64,000 nt of DNA from an uncultured Ohtaekwangia sp. (GTDB lineage Bacteria; Bacteroidota; Bacteroidia; Cytophagales; Cyclobacteriaceae), in assembly GCA_964387475.1 (NCBI GenBank), contig CAYLWU010000017.1, positions 17,464 to 81,463 of the forward strand, read 5' to 3'. Below the pieces are notes generated by a model. The model saw only the letters and a program-made list of their open reading frames with translations, ran no database searches and was not told the DNA's origin. Positions 1 to 10,785 of the stretch are shown in pieces; the stretch's first letter is position 1; each line of letters opens with the position of its first letter. Made by a program: the position numbers and the translations under genes.

Positions 1-1
1 T

Positions 2-991
2 GCGAGTGCTTGGGTGCGTGGTAATTTTTTCATTCCGGATGCCCGTGTGTTTTGGGTTCGGCCGGCCGCGCAGTTCATCCAGTCGTGGATGAAGCCGGGT
101 GAAGAACCGATCATCATCACCACCGGGCCGCCACACAGCATCCACTTGGTTGGGCTGCGGATAAAAAAGCAAAACCCAGCGGTGAAGTGGGTGGCAGATT
201 TCCGCGATCCATGGTCGGAGTGGGATCTGCTCGATACGTTTACCCTCACGCGTTGGGCGCGTGCGCGGCATCGCTATTTTGAACGCCAGGTGCTTACGCG
301 GGCAGACCGGGTCATGACAATTGCGCCTTTTCATCAACAACGCTTAGCACAGTTGGGTGGGCGGCCTGTGGACGTGATTACGAATGGATTTGATCCCGAT
401 GATTTTACATCCATCACGCGAAAGCGTACGGCAAAATTTACCATTCGCCATGTGGGCATGGTAGATGAATTACGCGATCCGCGTCCGTTCATGGCGGCGC
501 TTCGCCAACTTGCACTGGAGCAACCCGAATTCGGTAACCATGTAGCAGTTGAGTTTATTGGCAACGTCAATTCCAATTTTCAACAGGAAGTTGAGCGGGA
601 TGCCACGTTAAAGGCGCTCACCACGTTTACCCGTGCGATACCGCATCAGCAGTTGTTGCAAACGTATGGCGAAACGGACGTGCAACTTTTGGTGCTGGCC
701 CACACGGCCCTGGCGCCTGGCAATTTGCCCGGAAAATTCTTTGAGTATCTCGCCTCTGGTAACCCGATTTTGGCGGTTGGTCCGGTTCAGGGCGATGCCC
801 GGGATGTGCTGGTAGCTACCGGGGCCGGTAAGATTTTTGAGCGATCAGACCGCGCGGGCATTACCGCTGCGCTGTGGTTCTATTATCAGCAGTGGAAGTC
901 GGGTGCTGCACCGCCAAGCAATCCGGCGCTGGCGTATGCGCGGCCGCAATTGGCAAAACAGCTTAGCGATTTGCTTGCTTCATTTGGATAA
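2..991 (+). CDS. Glycosyltransferase family 4 protein (5'-truncated by window edge)
   Basis: Open frame from base 2; TGPPHS, ADFRDPW, ITNGFD and PGKFFEYLASG motifs typical of Bacteroidota GT4 enzymes. Confidence 0.85.
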   Translation, partial: ASAWVRGNFFIPDARVFWVRPAAQFIQSWMKPGEEPIIITTGPPHSIHLVGLRIKKQNPAVKWVADFRDPWSEWDLLDTFTLTRWARARHRYFERQVLTRADRVMTIAPFHQQRLAQLGGRPVDVITNGFDPDDFTSITRKRTAKFTIRHVGMVDELRDPRPFMAALRQLALEQPEFGNHVAVEFIGNVNSNFQQEVERDATLKALTTFTRAIPHQQLLQTYGETDVQLLVLAHTALAPGNLPGKFFEYLASGNPILAVGPVQGDARDVLVATGAGKIFERSDRAGITAALWFYYQQWKSGAAPPSNPALAYARPQLAKQLSDLLASFG

Positions 992-2470
992 ACGCAGCAT
1001 GCGCAACGCGGTCCTGAACAGATCGTTCGCCTCTGGCGATACGCGCGCCACCAAGACCAACGCCCCGTACACCAGCGTGAGGATAGCAGATCGGTACACG
1101 ATGTCTGCAAGTATCCAGGGAAGTGTGGGGAGAAGCTGGTTAACGCCAACAGCAAAAAGCGCAATGATGAGTACTTTGATTGTGCCTGCCGTGAAAGGCT
1201 GTAGTTGAAGTTTCCAGCGGATGAAAAAAAACTTCACCAGGTTGAAGGTGCCCAGCGTAATGGCTGTGCTTACGGCAGCGCCCTCAATGCCATACAGCGG
1301 AATAAACACGTTGTTGAGCACGATTACCAAAGCGGCCAGCAACAGCATGAGCACGATGTTAAACGCATAGTAGCGCGATAAAACAATAATCTCGCTGCTG
1401 GGTCCAAAAAACATGTCCACCAATTTCCCCAAACCAACAAACAACACCACGTATTTGCCGGCTGCGTATTCATCGCCTTTGGGCATCAGCGTAAAAATTG
1501 CGTCCAGATTAGCCCATACCCCAAGCAGAAGCAATCCTCCGATGATGAGTTGATTCAATGCTGTTTTTTGATAGATGATGAGAATGTCTTGGGTATCTTT
1601 CTTTTCGAACGCCCGCGAGATGAGCGGCATGGCAATCTGCGACAGTGCGCGTTTCGGGATTTCAATTACCGTAGCCATGTAAAACGCCGTGGTGTAGATC
1701 CCGTTGGCGGCTAAACCCAGTAGGCCAGCCACCATAATGCTGTCGATCTTGCCCACAATAATGGCACCTGCCGTGCCGGCAAAACTGAGTACACTGTACC
1801 GCACAATGGTTCGCGTGTGTGCGCGATTTATTCCGCTGCCCGGTAGACTGAAACGGAGCTGGCGCCCGCGCCACAACGCAAACAACAAAATGCCCACCGC
1901 AAGCGCATTGGCCAGCACCGTGCTGATGACGAACTCCGGGTAGCTCAGCCATCCCCAGAAGTAACACAGCACCAATAAACCAAACATTACCCGCACTACA
2001 ATATCCCGCAACAAGTTGGGCAAAATGGTTTTGAGCAGTGAGCGTGAGTACGCCTCGAATACACTTTGTAGCAGCAAAATCAGCGTAAGCCACAGCATCA
2101 ACCACCCATACTCGCTGATGGCGCCTGCGTTTTCCTGGAAGTAGCCCAAAAAGGTTGATTGAAAGGCAACAAACAGAACGGCAAACAGCGCGAAGCCGAT
2201 GCCCGCCAAACACACCATGAGCGAGAGGAAGCTGCGCGCGGCGCGGTCGTCTTCATGAAACTGCGGGTAGAACCGAATCAGACTTTGGGCAACGCCCATT
2301 TGGGCAAAGGGCGCAAACAGAATTGCGGCGTCCTGAATGGTGCGAAGCAAACCCACCTGCTCGGTTTCCAGAAATCGCGGATATAAATAGAGCAGGTTAA
2401 TGTATCCAATGGCGACACCCAGATAAGAGATGACGGACGAGATAACGCTTTGCCGTACGACTACGCCCAT
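980..2470 (-). CDS. Oligosaccharide/polysaccharide flippase (Wzx/MOP family)
   Basis: 496 aa with many TM segments; MGVVVRQS N-terminus and IPLYGIEGAA motif; next to glycosyltransferases. Confidence 0.85.
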   Translation of the reverse strand: MGVVVRQSVISSVISYLGVAIGYINLLYLYPRFLETEQVGLLRTIQDAAILFAPFAQMGVAQSLIRFYPQFHEDDRAARSFLSLMVCLAGIGFALFAVLFVAFQSTFLGYFQENAGAISEYGWLMLWLTLILLLQSVFEAYSRSLLKTILPNLLRDIVVRVMFGLLVLCYFWGWLSYPEFVISTVLANALAVGILLFALWRGRQLRFSLPGSGINRAHTRTIVRYSVLSFAGTAGAIIVGKIDSIMVAGLLGLAANGIYTTAFYMATVIEIPKRALSQIAMPLISRAFEKKDTQDILIIYQKTALNQLIIGGLLLLGVWANLDAIFTLMPKGDEYAAGKYVVLFVGLGKLVDMFFGPSSEIIVLSRYYAFNIVLMLLLAALVIVLNNVFIPLYGIEGAAVSTAITLGTFNLVKFFFIRWKLQLQPFTAGTIKVLIIALFAVGVNQLLPTLPWILADIVYRSAILTLVYGALVLVARVSPEANDLFRTALRMLRLSK

Positions 2471-2488
2471 GGTGTTGCTGTTATCATC

Positions 2489-3640
2489 TTAGTCAACCAA
2501 AGATAATGCGTGGAGTGCCTTGTGTACGATTTGTTCGTTCTGTTCAGCAGAGAGTAGCCGGGCGGCCTGGTGCGCCTGTAGCTTGAAGTGGTTAATGTCT
2601 TGCGCGGTTAGGGAATTTAGCCGACTCGCCATTTCCTTAGGATCGAAGGACTCAGCAACCACACCCATGTTGAATTTTTTTACAATGCCCGCCATTTCGG
2701 GAGTGGGGCCGATGGCGATGGCCAGCCGCGCCTGAATAAAATCAAACAGCTTGTTGGGAAGTGTATTGGCGTAGTTGAAGTTAACGGGGGGCAAAACAAA
2801 AATCCCGATATCGTACGAGCGGATAAACGCTACGATTTGATCGCTTGCTACGGGCGGTTGAAAGGTGATGCGCGGATTCCCGCCTGCCAGCGCTTTTAGC
2901 GTGTCAACGTAACCGGAGGTCTTGGCGTTCGATAATGCGGGTGTGATGAGCATGAGGTCGAGGGTAAACCGATCGTCCGTGTACGCCATCATTTCGATCA
3001 GCAGTTCCAATTGGCGCGATGGGTTCGCACCACCATGGTGAATGATGCGGATGCGCTGCGGATCTACGGGGTGGGGCGAGAGTTCGTGGTACCGGGTGGC
3101 ATTGGTGAGCACCACAGGGTGAACATGAAACTCATCCTGATACGCGCGGCGCAAACCTTCTGATACGGTTGTCATCCAGTTGCCGTGAGGCAAGTAGGTA
3201 CTGCAGAGAAACTGGTTAAACCGCTGAAAGAAAATTCGCCAGTACAATTTTTCTTCGAAATGGCGGGGTGCGAACTCGTGGGCATCAATCCAGATTTTTG
3301 ATTGCGTTTTGAGCGAAAATGCCAACGGCAGGCTTTCCACATCGTTCGCCACGATCAGATCAAAGTGTTGTTGCTTCAATACGGGAATGAGCTGCTGGTA
3401 GCGATAAAGGGCCCAATAGGCACGATGATAAAACCGGAAAATGAGCAAAAAAGAAAGCCACAGCCGCCGGCCATGGGTGAGTTGTGGTCGTGGCACGGAA
3501 ATCAACTCCACTTCGGGGGCCTGGCTGCCCGCGTAGGCCACGGCGGTAACGTGAAAATGTTTACCAAGCCACCGCATTTGCCGTTGCACCCGTGCATCGT
3601 GCGTGAGGTTGCTGAAAGCAATGATCAGCGCGCGTTTCAT
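2489..3640 (-). CDS. Glycosyltransferase (GT4-like)
   Basis: Start moved to MKRALII (ATGA overlap with upstream gene); DARVQRQ, DAHE and LPNKLFDFIQARL motifs. Confidence 0.8.
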   Translation of the reverse strand: MKRALIIAFSNLTHDARVQRQMRWLGKHFHVTAVAYAGSQAPEVELISVPRPQLTHGRRLWLSFLLIFRFYHRAYWALYRYQQLIPVLKQQHFDLIVANDVESLPLAFSLKTQSKIWIDAHEFAPRHFEEKLYWRIFFQRFNQFLCSTYLPHGNWMTTVSEGLRRAYQDEFHVHPVVLTNATRYHELSPHPVDPQRIRIIHHGGANPSRQLELLIEMMAYTDDRFTLDLMLITPALSNAKTSGYVDTLKALAGGNPRITFQPPVASDQIVAFIRSYDIGIFVLPPVNFNYANTLPNKLFDFIQARLAIAIGPTPEMAGIVKKFNMGVVAESFDPKEMASRLNSLTAQDINHFKLQAHQAARLLSAEQNEQIVHKALHALSLVD

Positions 3641-4149
3641 TTCATCCGGTGGGCTTCCACAATATAATATCTTGGCGTAACGAGCCGAAGCAAAGGCCGA
3701 ATGCCAGGGGTGTACACGGGGCTGGTCCATTTTTCCCGCCGCACAATCTTCCATCCTGCTTTCTCCAGCAGCCAGTCAAATTGCCAGTCTTCAAATTCGT
3801 GAAAGTGCTGATCCCACCGGTTTGTAGGGTGCCGATAGGCGGGCGCAAACCACAAACGTAACGGGATACTGGCAAACAGAACCGGCGCCTGGATCTGCCG
3901 CAGTACACCAAGCGGGTTGAGCAGGTGTTCAAAGATTTCGAACGCGGTGGCTACATCGGTTGGGTACGCGGCCACGGCACCGGGCTCGTCATCTAAATCT
4001 TCGCCTTGGGTATTAAAAACCTGATAACCCGCCTCGGCCAACTGTGCGGAAAATGCATTGGGTGTGCCAATGTCTAAGAGGCGGGCGGGTGGTGGCAAAC
4101 TGGCTCGCATAAAAGCGAGGGTTTTGTTGTATCTACGCTGGTGACTCAT
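3637..4149 (-). CDS. Class I SAM-dependent methyltransferase-like protein
   Basis: LLDIG motif I and FEIFEHL motif; translationally coupled to both neighbours. Confidence 0.7.
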   Translation of the reverse strand: MSHQRRYNKTLAFMRASLPPPARLLDIGTPNAFSAQLAEAGYQVFNTQGEDLDDEPGAVAAYPTDVATAFEIFEHLLNPLGVLRQIQAPVLFASIPLRLWFAPAYRHPTNRWDQHFHEFEDWQFDWLLEKAGWKIVRREKWTSPVYTPGIRPLLRLVTPRYYIVEAHRMK

Positions 4150-4724
4150 TTGGTAATTCGGTTGGCCGCCTTCACTCGGCCCGGATGCGCTTTGATAAAA
4201 GCGTCCCAGTTTTTTGATTTCGGTTTACTTACGCCTTTGGTATAGTGATGGCACACGGCAACAGCCAGTGCATCTGTGGAGTCGAGTAGCTTGGGCTGCT
4301 CTTTGATGTTAAAAATCGTCATCAACATTTTGGCCACTTGCTCTTTCGAGGCATTGCCATTGCCGGTTACCGATTGCTTTACTTTTTTGGGCGCATATTC
4401 GGTAATGGGCACTTCTCGATACAGCGCGGCCGACATGGCTACGCCCTGCGCGCGGCCTAGCTTTAACATCGATTGCACGTTTTTTCCAAAAAAAGGCGCT
4501 TCCAGCGCTACTTCATCCGGTGTGTATTCGTCTACCAGGGCCAATACGCGCTCGAAGATCTTTTTCAACTTCAGCTCATGGGTACCGTATTTGCCGAGAT
4601 GGATCACGCCAAACTGTTGCAGCGATAGTTTGGAAAGTCGGGATTGAATGATCGCATACCCCATAACGTTTGTGCCGGGATCAAGGCCCAAAATAACTTT
4701 TTCCTGCACAACACTTTTTTCCAT
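4146..4724 (-). CDS. ruvC: Crossover junction endodeoxyribonuclease RuvC
   Basis: ILGLDPG, ALEAPF, VKQSVTGNGNASKEQV and DALAVAVCH motifs; start at MEKSVV. Confidence 0.97.
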   Translation of the reverse strand: MEKSVVQEKVILGLDPGTNVMGYAIIQSRLSKLSLQQFGVIHLGKYGTHELKLKKIFERVLALVDEYTPDEVALEAPFFGKNVQSMLKLGRAQGVAMSAALYREVPITEYAPKKVKQSVTGNGNASKEQVAKMLMTIFNIKEQPKLLDSTDALAVAVCHHYTKGVSKPKSKNWDAFIKAHPGRVKAANRITK

Positions 4725-4755
4725 TGTAATTGCGGTGCAATTTAGCAACTGGTGG

Positions 4756-5880
4756 ATGTTATTCCTTGTTGGTTCCATATTTGTGCTGTATACCCTGCTG
4801 CTCCTACTGTTGCGGCAAGGGGTAAAAAAGATACGGGTTCAAACTTCCGTTACAGATGCGCACCAAATCCGGTCCGTTTCTGTGGTGGTGCCGTTTCGCA
4901 ATGAAGCCAGCCACCTTGGCGCCCTGCTCAACGACTTGAAATCGCAAACGTATCCCGCCTTTAGCTACGAGGTGGTGCTCGTGGATGACCACTCTTCGGA
5001 CGGCAGCTACGAATTGGTGCAGCGCGTGGTGCAGGGCGACGCACGCTTTCGGTTAACGCGCCTGGGGGCAGGCGAGAAGGGAAAGAAAGCGGCGCTCACC
5101 GAAGGCATCCGCGTAAGCAAAGGCGAAATCATTCTTACTACCGATGCCGATTGCCGTTTGCCGGAAACGTGGTGCCGCACAATGAACGCTGCGTTTGAGA
5201 ATCCGGCGGTTAAAATGTGCCTCGGCCCACTGCGCCTGCGCGGTAGCTCTTCTTTCCTTCATCGTATGCAGGCGTTGGAGTTTGTAAGTGTCGTGGCGGT
5301 AACGATGGCCACAGCCGGGTGGGGGCGGCCCTCGCTGGCCAGTGGCGCAAATCTGGCGTTTCGGAGAGACGCTTTTTACGCGGTGGATGGGTACTTCAAT
5401 GAGCGAACGCTGGCCTCGGGCGATGATCAGTTTTTGATGGAAAAAATCGCGCAGCGGTTCGCGCATGCGGTGATTTTTCTGCCCGATCAGCGTGCGCTGG
5501 TGGCCACCGGCGCGGCGCCAAATCTTAACGCTTTCCTGCAGCAACGGTTGCGGTGGGCTGGCAAATGGCGGCGCCTCCAGCCTGCCACACGGGCGCTCGC
5601 GGTGTTTGTTTTCGTGTTTCACGCGGTGGCGATGGCCAGTATTCCCCTGGCCGTTTTTACCACGCAGGCTGCCGTTTGGATTCTTCCGCTGTGGCTGGTG
5701 AAGGGCGGGTGCGAATGGTGGCTGTTGGCGCCGGTGGCGCGTATCACCAAGGTAACGTGGAGTTGGACTTCGTTTTTTTGCTGGCAGTTGGCGTATCCAA
5801 TGTACGCGGTGGCTGTGGCCGTGTTTTCCAGACGAAAAGATATCGATTGGAAAGATCGCACGTGGCAAAATCAGGTCTAA
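4756..5880 (+). CDS. Glycosyltransferase family 2, membrane-bound
   Basis: VPFRNE, VDDHSSD, TTDADC, SGDD and QRLRW motifs; likely start ATG 4756. Confidence 0.9.
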   Translation: MLFLVGSIFVLYTLLLLLLRQGVKKIRVQTSVTDAHQIRSVSVVVPFRNEASHLGALLNDLKSQTYPAFSYEVVLVDDHSSDGSYELVQRVVQGDARFRLTRLGAGEKGKKAALTEGIRVSKGEIILTTDADCRLPETWCRTMNAAFENPAVKMCLGPLRLRGSSSFLHRMQALEFVSVVAVTMATAGWGRPSLASGANLAFRRDAFYAVDGYFNERTLASGDDQFLMEKIAQRFAHAVIFLPDQRALVATGAAPNLNAFLQQRLRWAGKWRRLQPATRALAVFVFVFHAVAMASIPLAVFTTQAAVWILPLWLVKGGCEWWLLAPVARITKVTWSWTSFFCWQLAYPMYAVAVAVFSRRKDIDWKDRTWQNQV

Positions 5881-5908
5881 CCTGTTTTAAGTATCTTTAC
5901 CCGTCGCC

Positions 5909-7132
5909 ATGGTAACGCTGTTACAGAAACAAGTCGAGAAAAAAGAGCTGCAGCTCAATGCCTTGCTTGAAATTACCCAAGCCATTAACAGCAACCTGCC
6001 CGAAGAAGCGTTATTCAAGATTTTCAATTTTACCCTGCGCTCTAACCTCCAGATTCGCAAACTCGCGTTGTTTGTTTTTGACGAAATCTGGACCTGCAAG
6101 GTGCATTTTGGCACCAAACGCAACTACGGCAAGGTAAAACTGGATGAGCGCGTGAAGATGATCAAAAACCTTCACCGCATGAGCGAGTTCGAGAACTGCG
6201 AGTTTGATGAATTCGATAAAGTCATACCCATCTTGCAGAAGACGGAAACCCTGGCCCTTGTGTTTGTGGGCGGGCTTGGCGCTACCGAAGATGACCACGA
6301 GGAGGAAGAAATCATCAAATTCATTCAGGCGCTCTCCAACATCATTGTGGTGGCCATTGAAAATAAGAAATTGGCGCGCAAGCAGTTAGAGCAGGAGGCA
6401 TTTCGCAAGGAGTTGGAAATTGCCAGCGATGTGCAGCAGTTTCTGTTTCCGGAAAAGCTGCCCAACACACCCATGTTGAAACTGGAGGCCAGTTATTTGC
6501 CGCACGACCGCGTGGGTGGAGATTATTACGATTATGTGCCCATCAACAAAAACCAGTTTTTAATCTGTGTGGCCGATGTGAGCGGCAAGGGCATTCCTGC
6601 CGCGTTGATGATGTCTAACTTTCAAGCCTCTTTACGCACGCTGCTTCGGCAGACGCCTAATCTTACGGAGATCATCGAGGCGCTGAACTTTCAAGTGTTG
6701 GAGAATACCAAGGGCGAGAAGTTCATCACGTGTTTTGCCGCCATCTATGATATTGCCCTCCGTACGATGATCTACGTTAACGCCGGGCACAATCCGCCCT
6801 TGCTGCTTCAGAAAAACAAAGAGATCAAACTGTTGGAGGATGGCTCTACCGTGTTGGGGGCGATGCATCCGCTGCCCTTTCTGAACGAAGGATTTATTAC
6901 CGACCTGGATGACTTCACGCTGTTTTGTTACACCGATGGGTTAACCGAAACTGTGGACGAATCTGGTCAGGAGTTCGGGCAACATTGGTTAATGAATTAC
7001 TTCGCACTCAACAACTTCAAAGACCTGAAGACAATTCATCAGGACATCATCGTGGCGCTCGATTCGTTTAAAGGCCGCAATGGCTACCGCGATGACATTA
7101 CCATGCTCAGTTGCCGCGTGGAGAAGTTCTAA
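5909..7132 (+). CDS. PP2C/SpoIIE-family Ser phosphatase (RsbU-like) with N-terminal GAF-like region
   Basis: VGGDYYD, ADVSGKG, NAGHNPP, YTDGLTE and DDIT motifs. Confidence 0.92.
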   Translation: MVTLLQKQVEKKELQLNALLEITQAINSNLPEEALFKIFNFTLRSNLQIRKLALFVFDEIWTCKVHFGTKRNYGKVKLDERVKMIKNLHRMSEFENCEFDEFDKVIPILQKTETLALVFVGGLGATEDDHEEEEIIKFIQALSNIIVVAIENKKLARKQLEQEAFRKELEIASDVQQFLFPEKLPNTPMLKLEASYLPHDRVGGDYYDYVPINKNQFLICVADVSGKGIPAALMMSNFQASLRTLLRQTPNLTEIIEALNFQVLENTKGEKFITCFAAIYDIALRTMIYVNAGHNPPLLLQKNKEIKLLEDGSTVLGAMHPLPFLNEGFITDLDDFTLFCYTDGLTETVDESGQEFGQHWLMNYFALNNFKDLKTIHQDIIVALDSFKGRNGYRDDITMLSCRVEKF

Positions 7133-7134
7133 CC

Positions 7135-7755
7135 ATGCTTCACCGCACTCCGTTTTTGTTGCCGCTGCTCTTTCCAAACTTGTTGTGGCGGGTGCCCACT
7201 ACGGAAAAATTGCTTTTTCTCACGTTCGATGATGGCCCGGTGCCCGGACCAACCGAAGCGGTGTTAACCATTCTAAAGGAGCAGGGTGTAGCCGCTACCT
7301 TTTTTTGCATTGGCGATAACGTGCGCAAACATCGCGCGGTATTCGAGCGGGTGCGGGCCGAGGGACACGCGGTGGCAAATCACACCCGCAATCACCAAAA
7401 TGGCTGGAAAACAAACACGGCTACGTATCTGGCCAACGTGCACGCCTGCGATGCCGATCTGGGCCAGCCCGCACCGTTGTTTCGGCCACCGTACGGTCGC
7501 ATCACACCCGGGCAAGTGCGCCAGCTTTCGGCCAAAAAAATTGTGATGTGGGATGTACTGACGCGCGACTATGACCGTACCCTCACACCCGAAGCCTGCC
7601 TGCGCGGTTCTCTCCACGTCATCCGGCCGGGCAGCATCGTGGTTTTTCATGATAGCCTCAAAGCCGAGAAAAATCTGCTGTATGCGCTGCCGCGTTTTCT
7701 GGAAGGCGCTCGGCAGCAAGGGTACACATTCGCGTTAATTCACCACCATATCTAG
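7135..7755 (+). CDS. Polysaccharide deacetylase (NodB/CE4)
   Basis: LTFDDGP, NHTRNH, FRPPYG and VVFHD motifs. Confidence 0.92.
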   Translation: MLHRTPFLLPLLFPNLLWRVPTTEKLLFLTFDDGPVPGPTEAVLTILKEQGVAATFFCIGDNVRKHRAVFERVRAEGHAVANHTRNHQNGWKTNTATYLANVHACDADLGQPAPLFRPPYGRITPGQVRQLSAKKIVMWDVLTRDYDRTLTPEACLRGSLHVIRPGSIVVFHDSLKAEKNLLYALPRFLEGARQQGYTFALIHHHI

Positions 7756-7759
7756 CGGT

Positions 7760-8833
7760 GTGCCTGTGAAAGTGCTCTACGGTGTGTTGGATTGGGGCTT
7801 GGGGCACGCCACCCGCAGCATTCCCATCATTCGCTTGTTGCGGGCGCGCGGGTGCGAGGTGCGTATTGCTACCAGTGGCCTGGCCTACGAGTTGCTGCGC
7901 ACGGAGTTTCCAGAACTTACCATCTACCCGCTGCCTTCCTATGCCGTTCGGTACGCGCGCCACGGCTTGTTTATGATGAACATTTTTTGGCAACTGCCGC
8001 GCTTGTTGTTGGTTATTGTGCGCGAGGGGCGCGCCGCCAGAAATATTACGACAGAATTTCCAGCCGATCTTATCATTTCAGATTGCCGCTATGGGTTTCG
8101 CTTTCGCGGATGCAAAAGCGTGTTCATTACACACCAGTTAAATTTTCAAATGCCTCGCATGTTGAAATGGCTTCAGCCGGTGGTGAATTTGTTCAACCAC
8201 ATCATGATCAACCGGTTTGATCAGGTCTGGGTTCCGGATGTGCAACATGGCATCACCGGTACGCTTAGCCGCCCCGGCTGGTTAACAGAAAAAGTGCGTT
8301 GGATTGGCAATTTATCGCGGCTACCGTTGCCCACACCGGGGCTCCAACAGGAGTACGAGGTGGCCGTGATTTTGTCCGGGCCCGAGCCGCAGCGCACCTT
8401 GTTAGAAAACAAACTGGTGGCACAACTCCAGTTGCTTAATCTTCGGGCGGTGGTGGTACGTGGGCTACCCACAGCCCGCGCCCGGGAGCGCATCAACCAA
8501 ATCGATTTCCACAACTACCTGGAGGGCGCAGCATTGGCCAACCTGATGCAGCAGGCTGCGGTGGTGGTTGCCCGCAGTGGTTACTCTACCGTAATGGATC
8601 TGATGGCTTTGGGTGGTAAGGCGATTTTCATCCCAACTCCCGGCCAAACGGAACAAGAACTGCTGGCGAAGACGCTTACCGCACAGCGAATTGCCTGGTC
8701 TGCGCCTCAGCATCATTTTGATTTGGCTGTAGCGTTAAAAAAACTTCCTGACTATCGCGGTTTTGCCGAGTGGAAACACCCACCTAATTTGCTGCCCGTT
8801 GTAGTAGATGAAACATTGAATTCGTTGTCTTGA
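7760..8833 (+). CDS. Glycosyltransferase (GT28 C-terminal/MurG-like fold)
   Basis: WGLGHATR, SGPEPQR, RSGYST and IPTPGQTEQ motifs. Confidence 0.85.
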   Translation: MPVKVLYGVLDWGLGHATRSIPIIRLLRARGCEVRIATSGLAYELLRTEFPELTIYPLPSYAVRYARHGLFMMNIFWQLPRLLLVIVREGRAARNITTEFPADLIISDCRYGFRFRGCKSVFITHQLNFQMPRMLKWLQPVVNLFNHIMINRFDQVWVPDVQHGITGTLSRPGWLTEKVRWIGNLSRLPLPTPGLQQEYEVAVILSGPEPQRTLLENKLVAQLQLLNLRAVVVRGLPTARARERINQIDFHNYLEGAALANLMQQAAVVVARSGYSTVMDLMALGGKAIFIPTPGQTEQELLAKTLTAQRIAWSAPQHHFDLAVALKKLPDYRGFAEWKHPPNLLPVVVDETLNSLS

Positions 8834-9612
8834 TCGATACCCACGCACATATCTACCTGCAAGAGTTCGATACCGACCGCGCAGATGTGTTTGCCCGGGC
8901 CGCGGAAGCTGGCGTGGTGGAATTGTACATGCCCAACGTAGACCACACCTCCATCGATCGGATGTTGGAAGTGGAGGCGAAGTTTCCGGCAATTGCGCGG
9001 CCCATGATGGGCCTGCACCCGTGCTACGTCAAGAGAGGATTTGAAAAGGAATTGTATTTGGTGGAGTCCTGGCTCGCCAAACGCACGTTCATCGCGATCG
9101 GTGAGATCGGCACCGACTTGTACTGGGATAAAACCACATGGCCCTACCAACAAGAGGCCTTTCTTCAGCAAATCCGGTGGGCAAAGCAATACCGTTTGCC
9201 GGTCGCGATCCATTGTCGCGAATCCATCGCGGAAACGCTGCAACTGCTCGAACCCCACGTGGGCGATGGCCTTACCGGGGTGTTCCACTGCTTCACTGGT
9301 ACTGTGGAGCAAGCCCGGCAGTGCATTGCCTTTGGATTTCGGCTGGGCATTGGAGGTGTGAGCACATTTAAAAATGGCGGATTAGATCACGTGTTACCCG
9401 AGATCGACATCGCTCATCTGGTGTTGGAAACCGACTGCCCATATTTAGCTCCCGTGCCGCATCGCGGAAAGCGCAATGAACCTGCGTTCCTGGCGCTCAT
9501 CGCCCAGCGCGTGGCCGATCTCAAGCAGGTACCGCTGGCCGAACTGGCCGCTACAACCACGGCTAATGCCCGTTCGTTATTCAAATCTCAGGCGCTACAC
9601 CCGCTGTCATGA
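8830..9612 (+). CDS. tatD: TatD family nuclease
   Basis: IDTHAH, GLHP, GEIGTD, IHCRE, FHCFTG and ETDCPYLAP motifs. Confidence 0.95.
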   Translation: MIDTHAHIYLQEFDTDRADVFARAAEAGVVELYMPNVDHTSIDRMLEVEAKFPAIARPMMGLHPCYVKRGFEKELYLVESWLAKRTFIAIGEIGTDLYWDKTTWPYQQEAFLQQIRWAKQYRLPVAIHCRESIAETLQLLEPHVGDGLTGVFHCFTGTVEQARQCIAFGFRLGIGGVSTFKNGGLDHVLPEIDIAHLVLETDCPYLAPVPHRGKRNEPAFLALIAQRVADLKQVPLAELAATTTANARSLFKSQALHPLS

Positions 9613-10673
9613 ATTTCAAAAATGTTTCCGTTAACACTGCGTTTCCCGGCAAAGCCCGATCACGGGTAATGATTATTTATACCGGCGGTACCTTCGGCAT
9701 GACCCAAAATGCAGAAGGGGTGTTGGTGCCGTTCGACTTCGCCCATATTCTGGAGCACCTGCCCACGCTGCGAAATCTATCGTTAGACCTTACGGTGATT
9801 TCATTCGACCAGCCCATCGATTCGTCTAACATTGAGCCTGCACATTGGCAAATGATGGCGCGGTTGCTTTTCCAACACCGGGCTGAACAGGATGGTTTTG
9901 TGGTGTTACACGGAACAGATACCATGGCCTACACGGCATCCGCGCTTAGCTTCATGCTACCCGATTTTGGTAAACCCGTGGTGTTCACGGGTGCGCAGTT
10001 GCCCATTAGCCACCCGCGCTCAGATGCGCGCGAAAACCTGATCACAGCGCTTGAAATTGCATCGGCCAAAAACGGGCCCCATGCACAGGTGCCGGAAGTT
10101 TGTATTCATTTTGGTTCTGAGTTGCTCCGTGGCAACCGATCAAAAAAAGTAGAAAGCATGCATTTTGATGCTTTTCAGTCGGAGAACTATCCGCCATTGG
10201 CCAAAGCCGGGGTCAAGATCACGTACAACGAAAGCGCGATTGCTGCACCTGGGCCAACCGCGCGCCTGCTCGACCGGTATGATGCCGGGGTGGCGATATT
10301 AAAGATGTTTCCCGGGATTTCACTCGCCGCCGTGCAAGCGTTGTTTGAAGCGCCTGGGCTTCGTGCCGTGGTCATCGAAACCTATGGTTCGGGTAATGCA
10401 CCTACCAGCGGTGCGTTTCTCGAATTGCTCCGCTCTGCCATGGCGCGGGGGATTTTGCTCGTCAATATTTCGCAATGCCCCGGGGGCATGGTGATCCAGG
10501 GAAAATACGAAACCAGCCGCCATTTGCAGGCGTTGGGTGTGCTGGGGGGGTCGGACATGACCACCGAGGCCGCGATTACCAAGCTCATGGTTTTGTTGGG
10601 CAATTATCCCGTGGAAACGGTACGCGAACGCATGGCCCAGAATGTAGCTGGGGAGTTAACCGTGGCGAACTAA
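9609..10673 (+). CDS. ansA: L-asparaginase type I
   Basis: IYTGGT, HGTDTM, TGAQLP and SDMTTEAA motifs. Confidence 0.93.
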   Translation: MNFKNVSVNTAFPGKARSRVMIIYTGGTFGMTQNAEGVLVPFDFAHILEHLPTLRNLSLDLTVISFDQPIDSSNIEPAHWQMMARLLFQHRAEQDGFVVLHGTDTMAYTASALSFMLPDFGKPVVFTGAQLPISHPRSDARENLITALEIASAKNGPHAQVPEVCIHFGSELLRGNRSKKVESMHFDAFQSENYPPLAKAGVKITYNESAIAAPGPTARLLDRYDAGVAILKMFPGISLAAVQALFEAPGLRAVVIETYGSGNAPTSGAFLELLRSAMARGILLVNISQCPGGMVIQGKYETSRHLQALGVLGGSDMTTEAAITKLMVLLGNYPVETVRERMAQNVAGELTVAN

Positions 10674-10697
10674 CCACGGTTTTAGGCATTTCCGCAG

Positions 10698-10785
10698 CGG
10701 AGAGAGAGGGATTCGAACCCTCGTGACGCTTTAGACGTCAACACGCTTTCCAGGCGTGCCAGTTCAGCCACTCCTGCACCTCTCC
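10698..10785 (-). tRNA. tRNA-Ser (anticodon GGA), CCA not encoded
   Basis: Reverse complement GGAGAGGTGCAGGAGTGG...CACGC-CTGGAAA-GCGTG...long variable arm...GGTTCGAATCC-CTCTCTCC-G. Confidence 0.97.

Noticed and set aside
5053..5868. 271-aa antisense ORF and the many other overlapping ORFs in the track
   Set aside because: They are shadow frames of well-supported genes with no recognisable motifs
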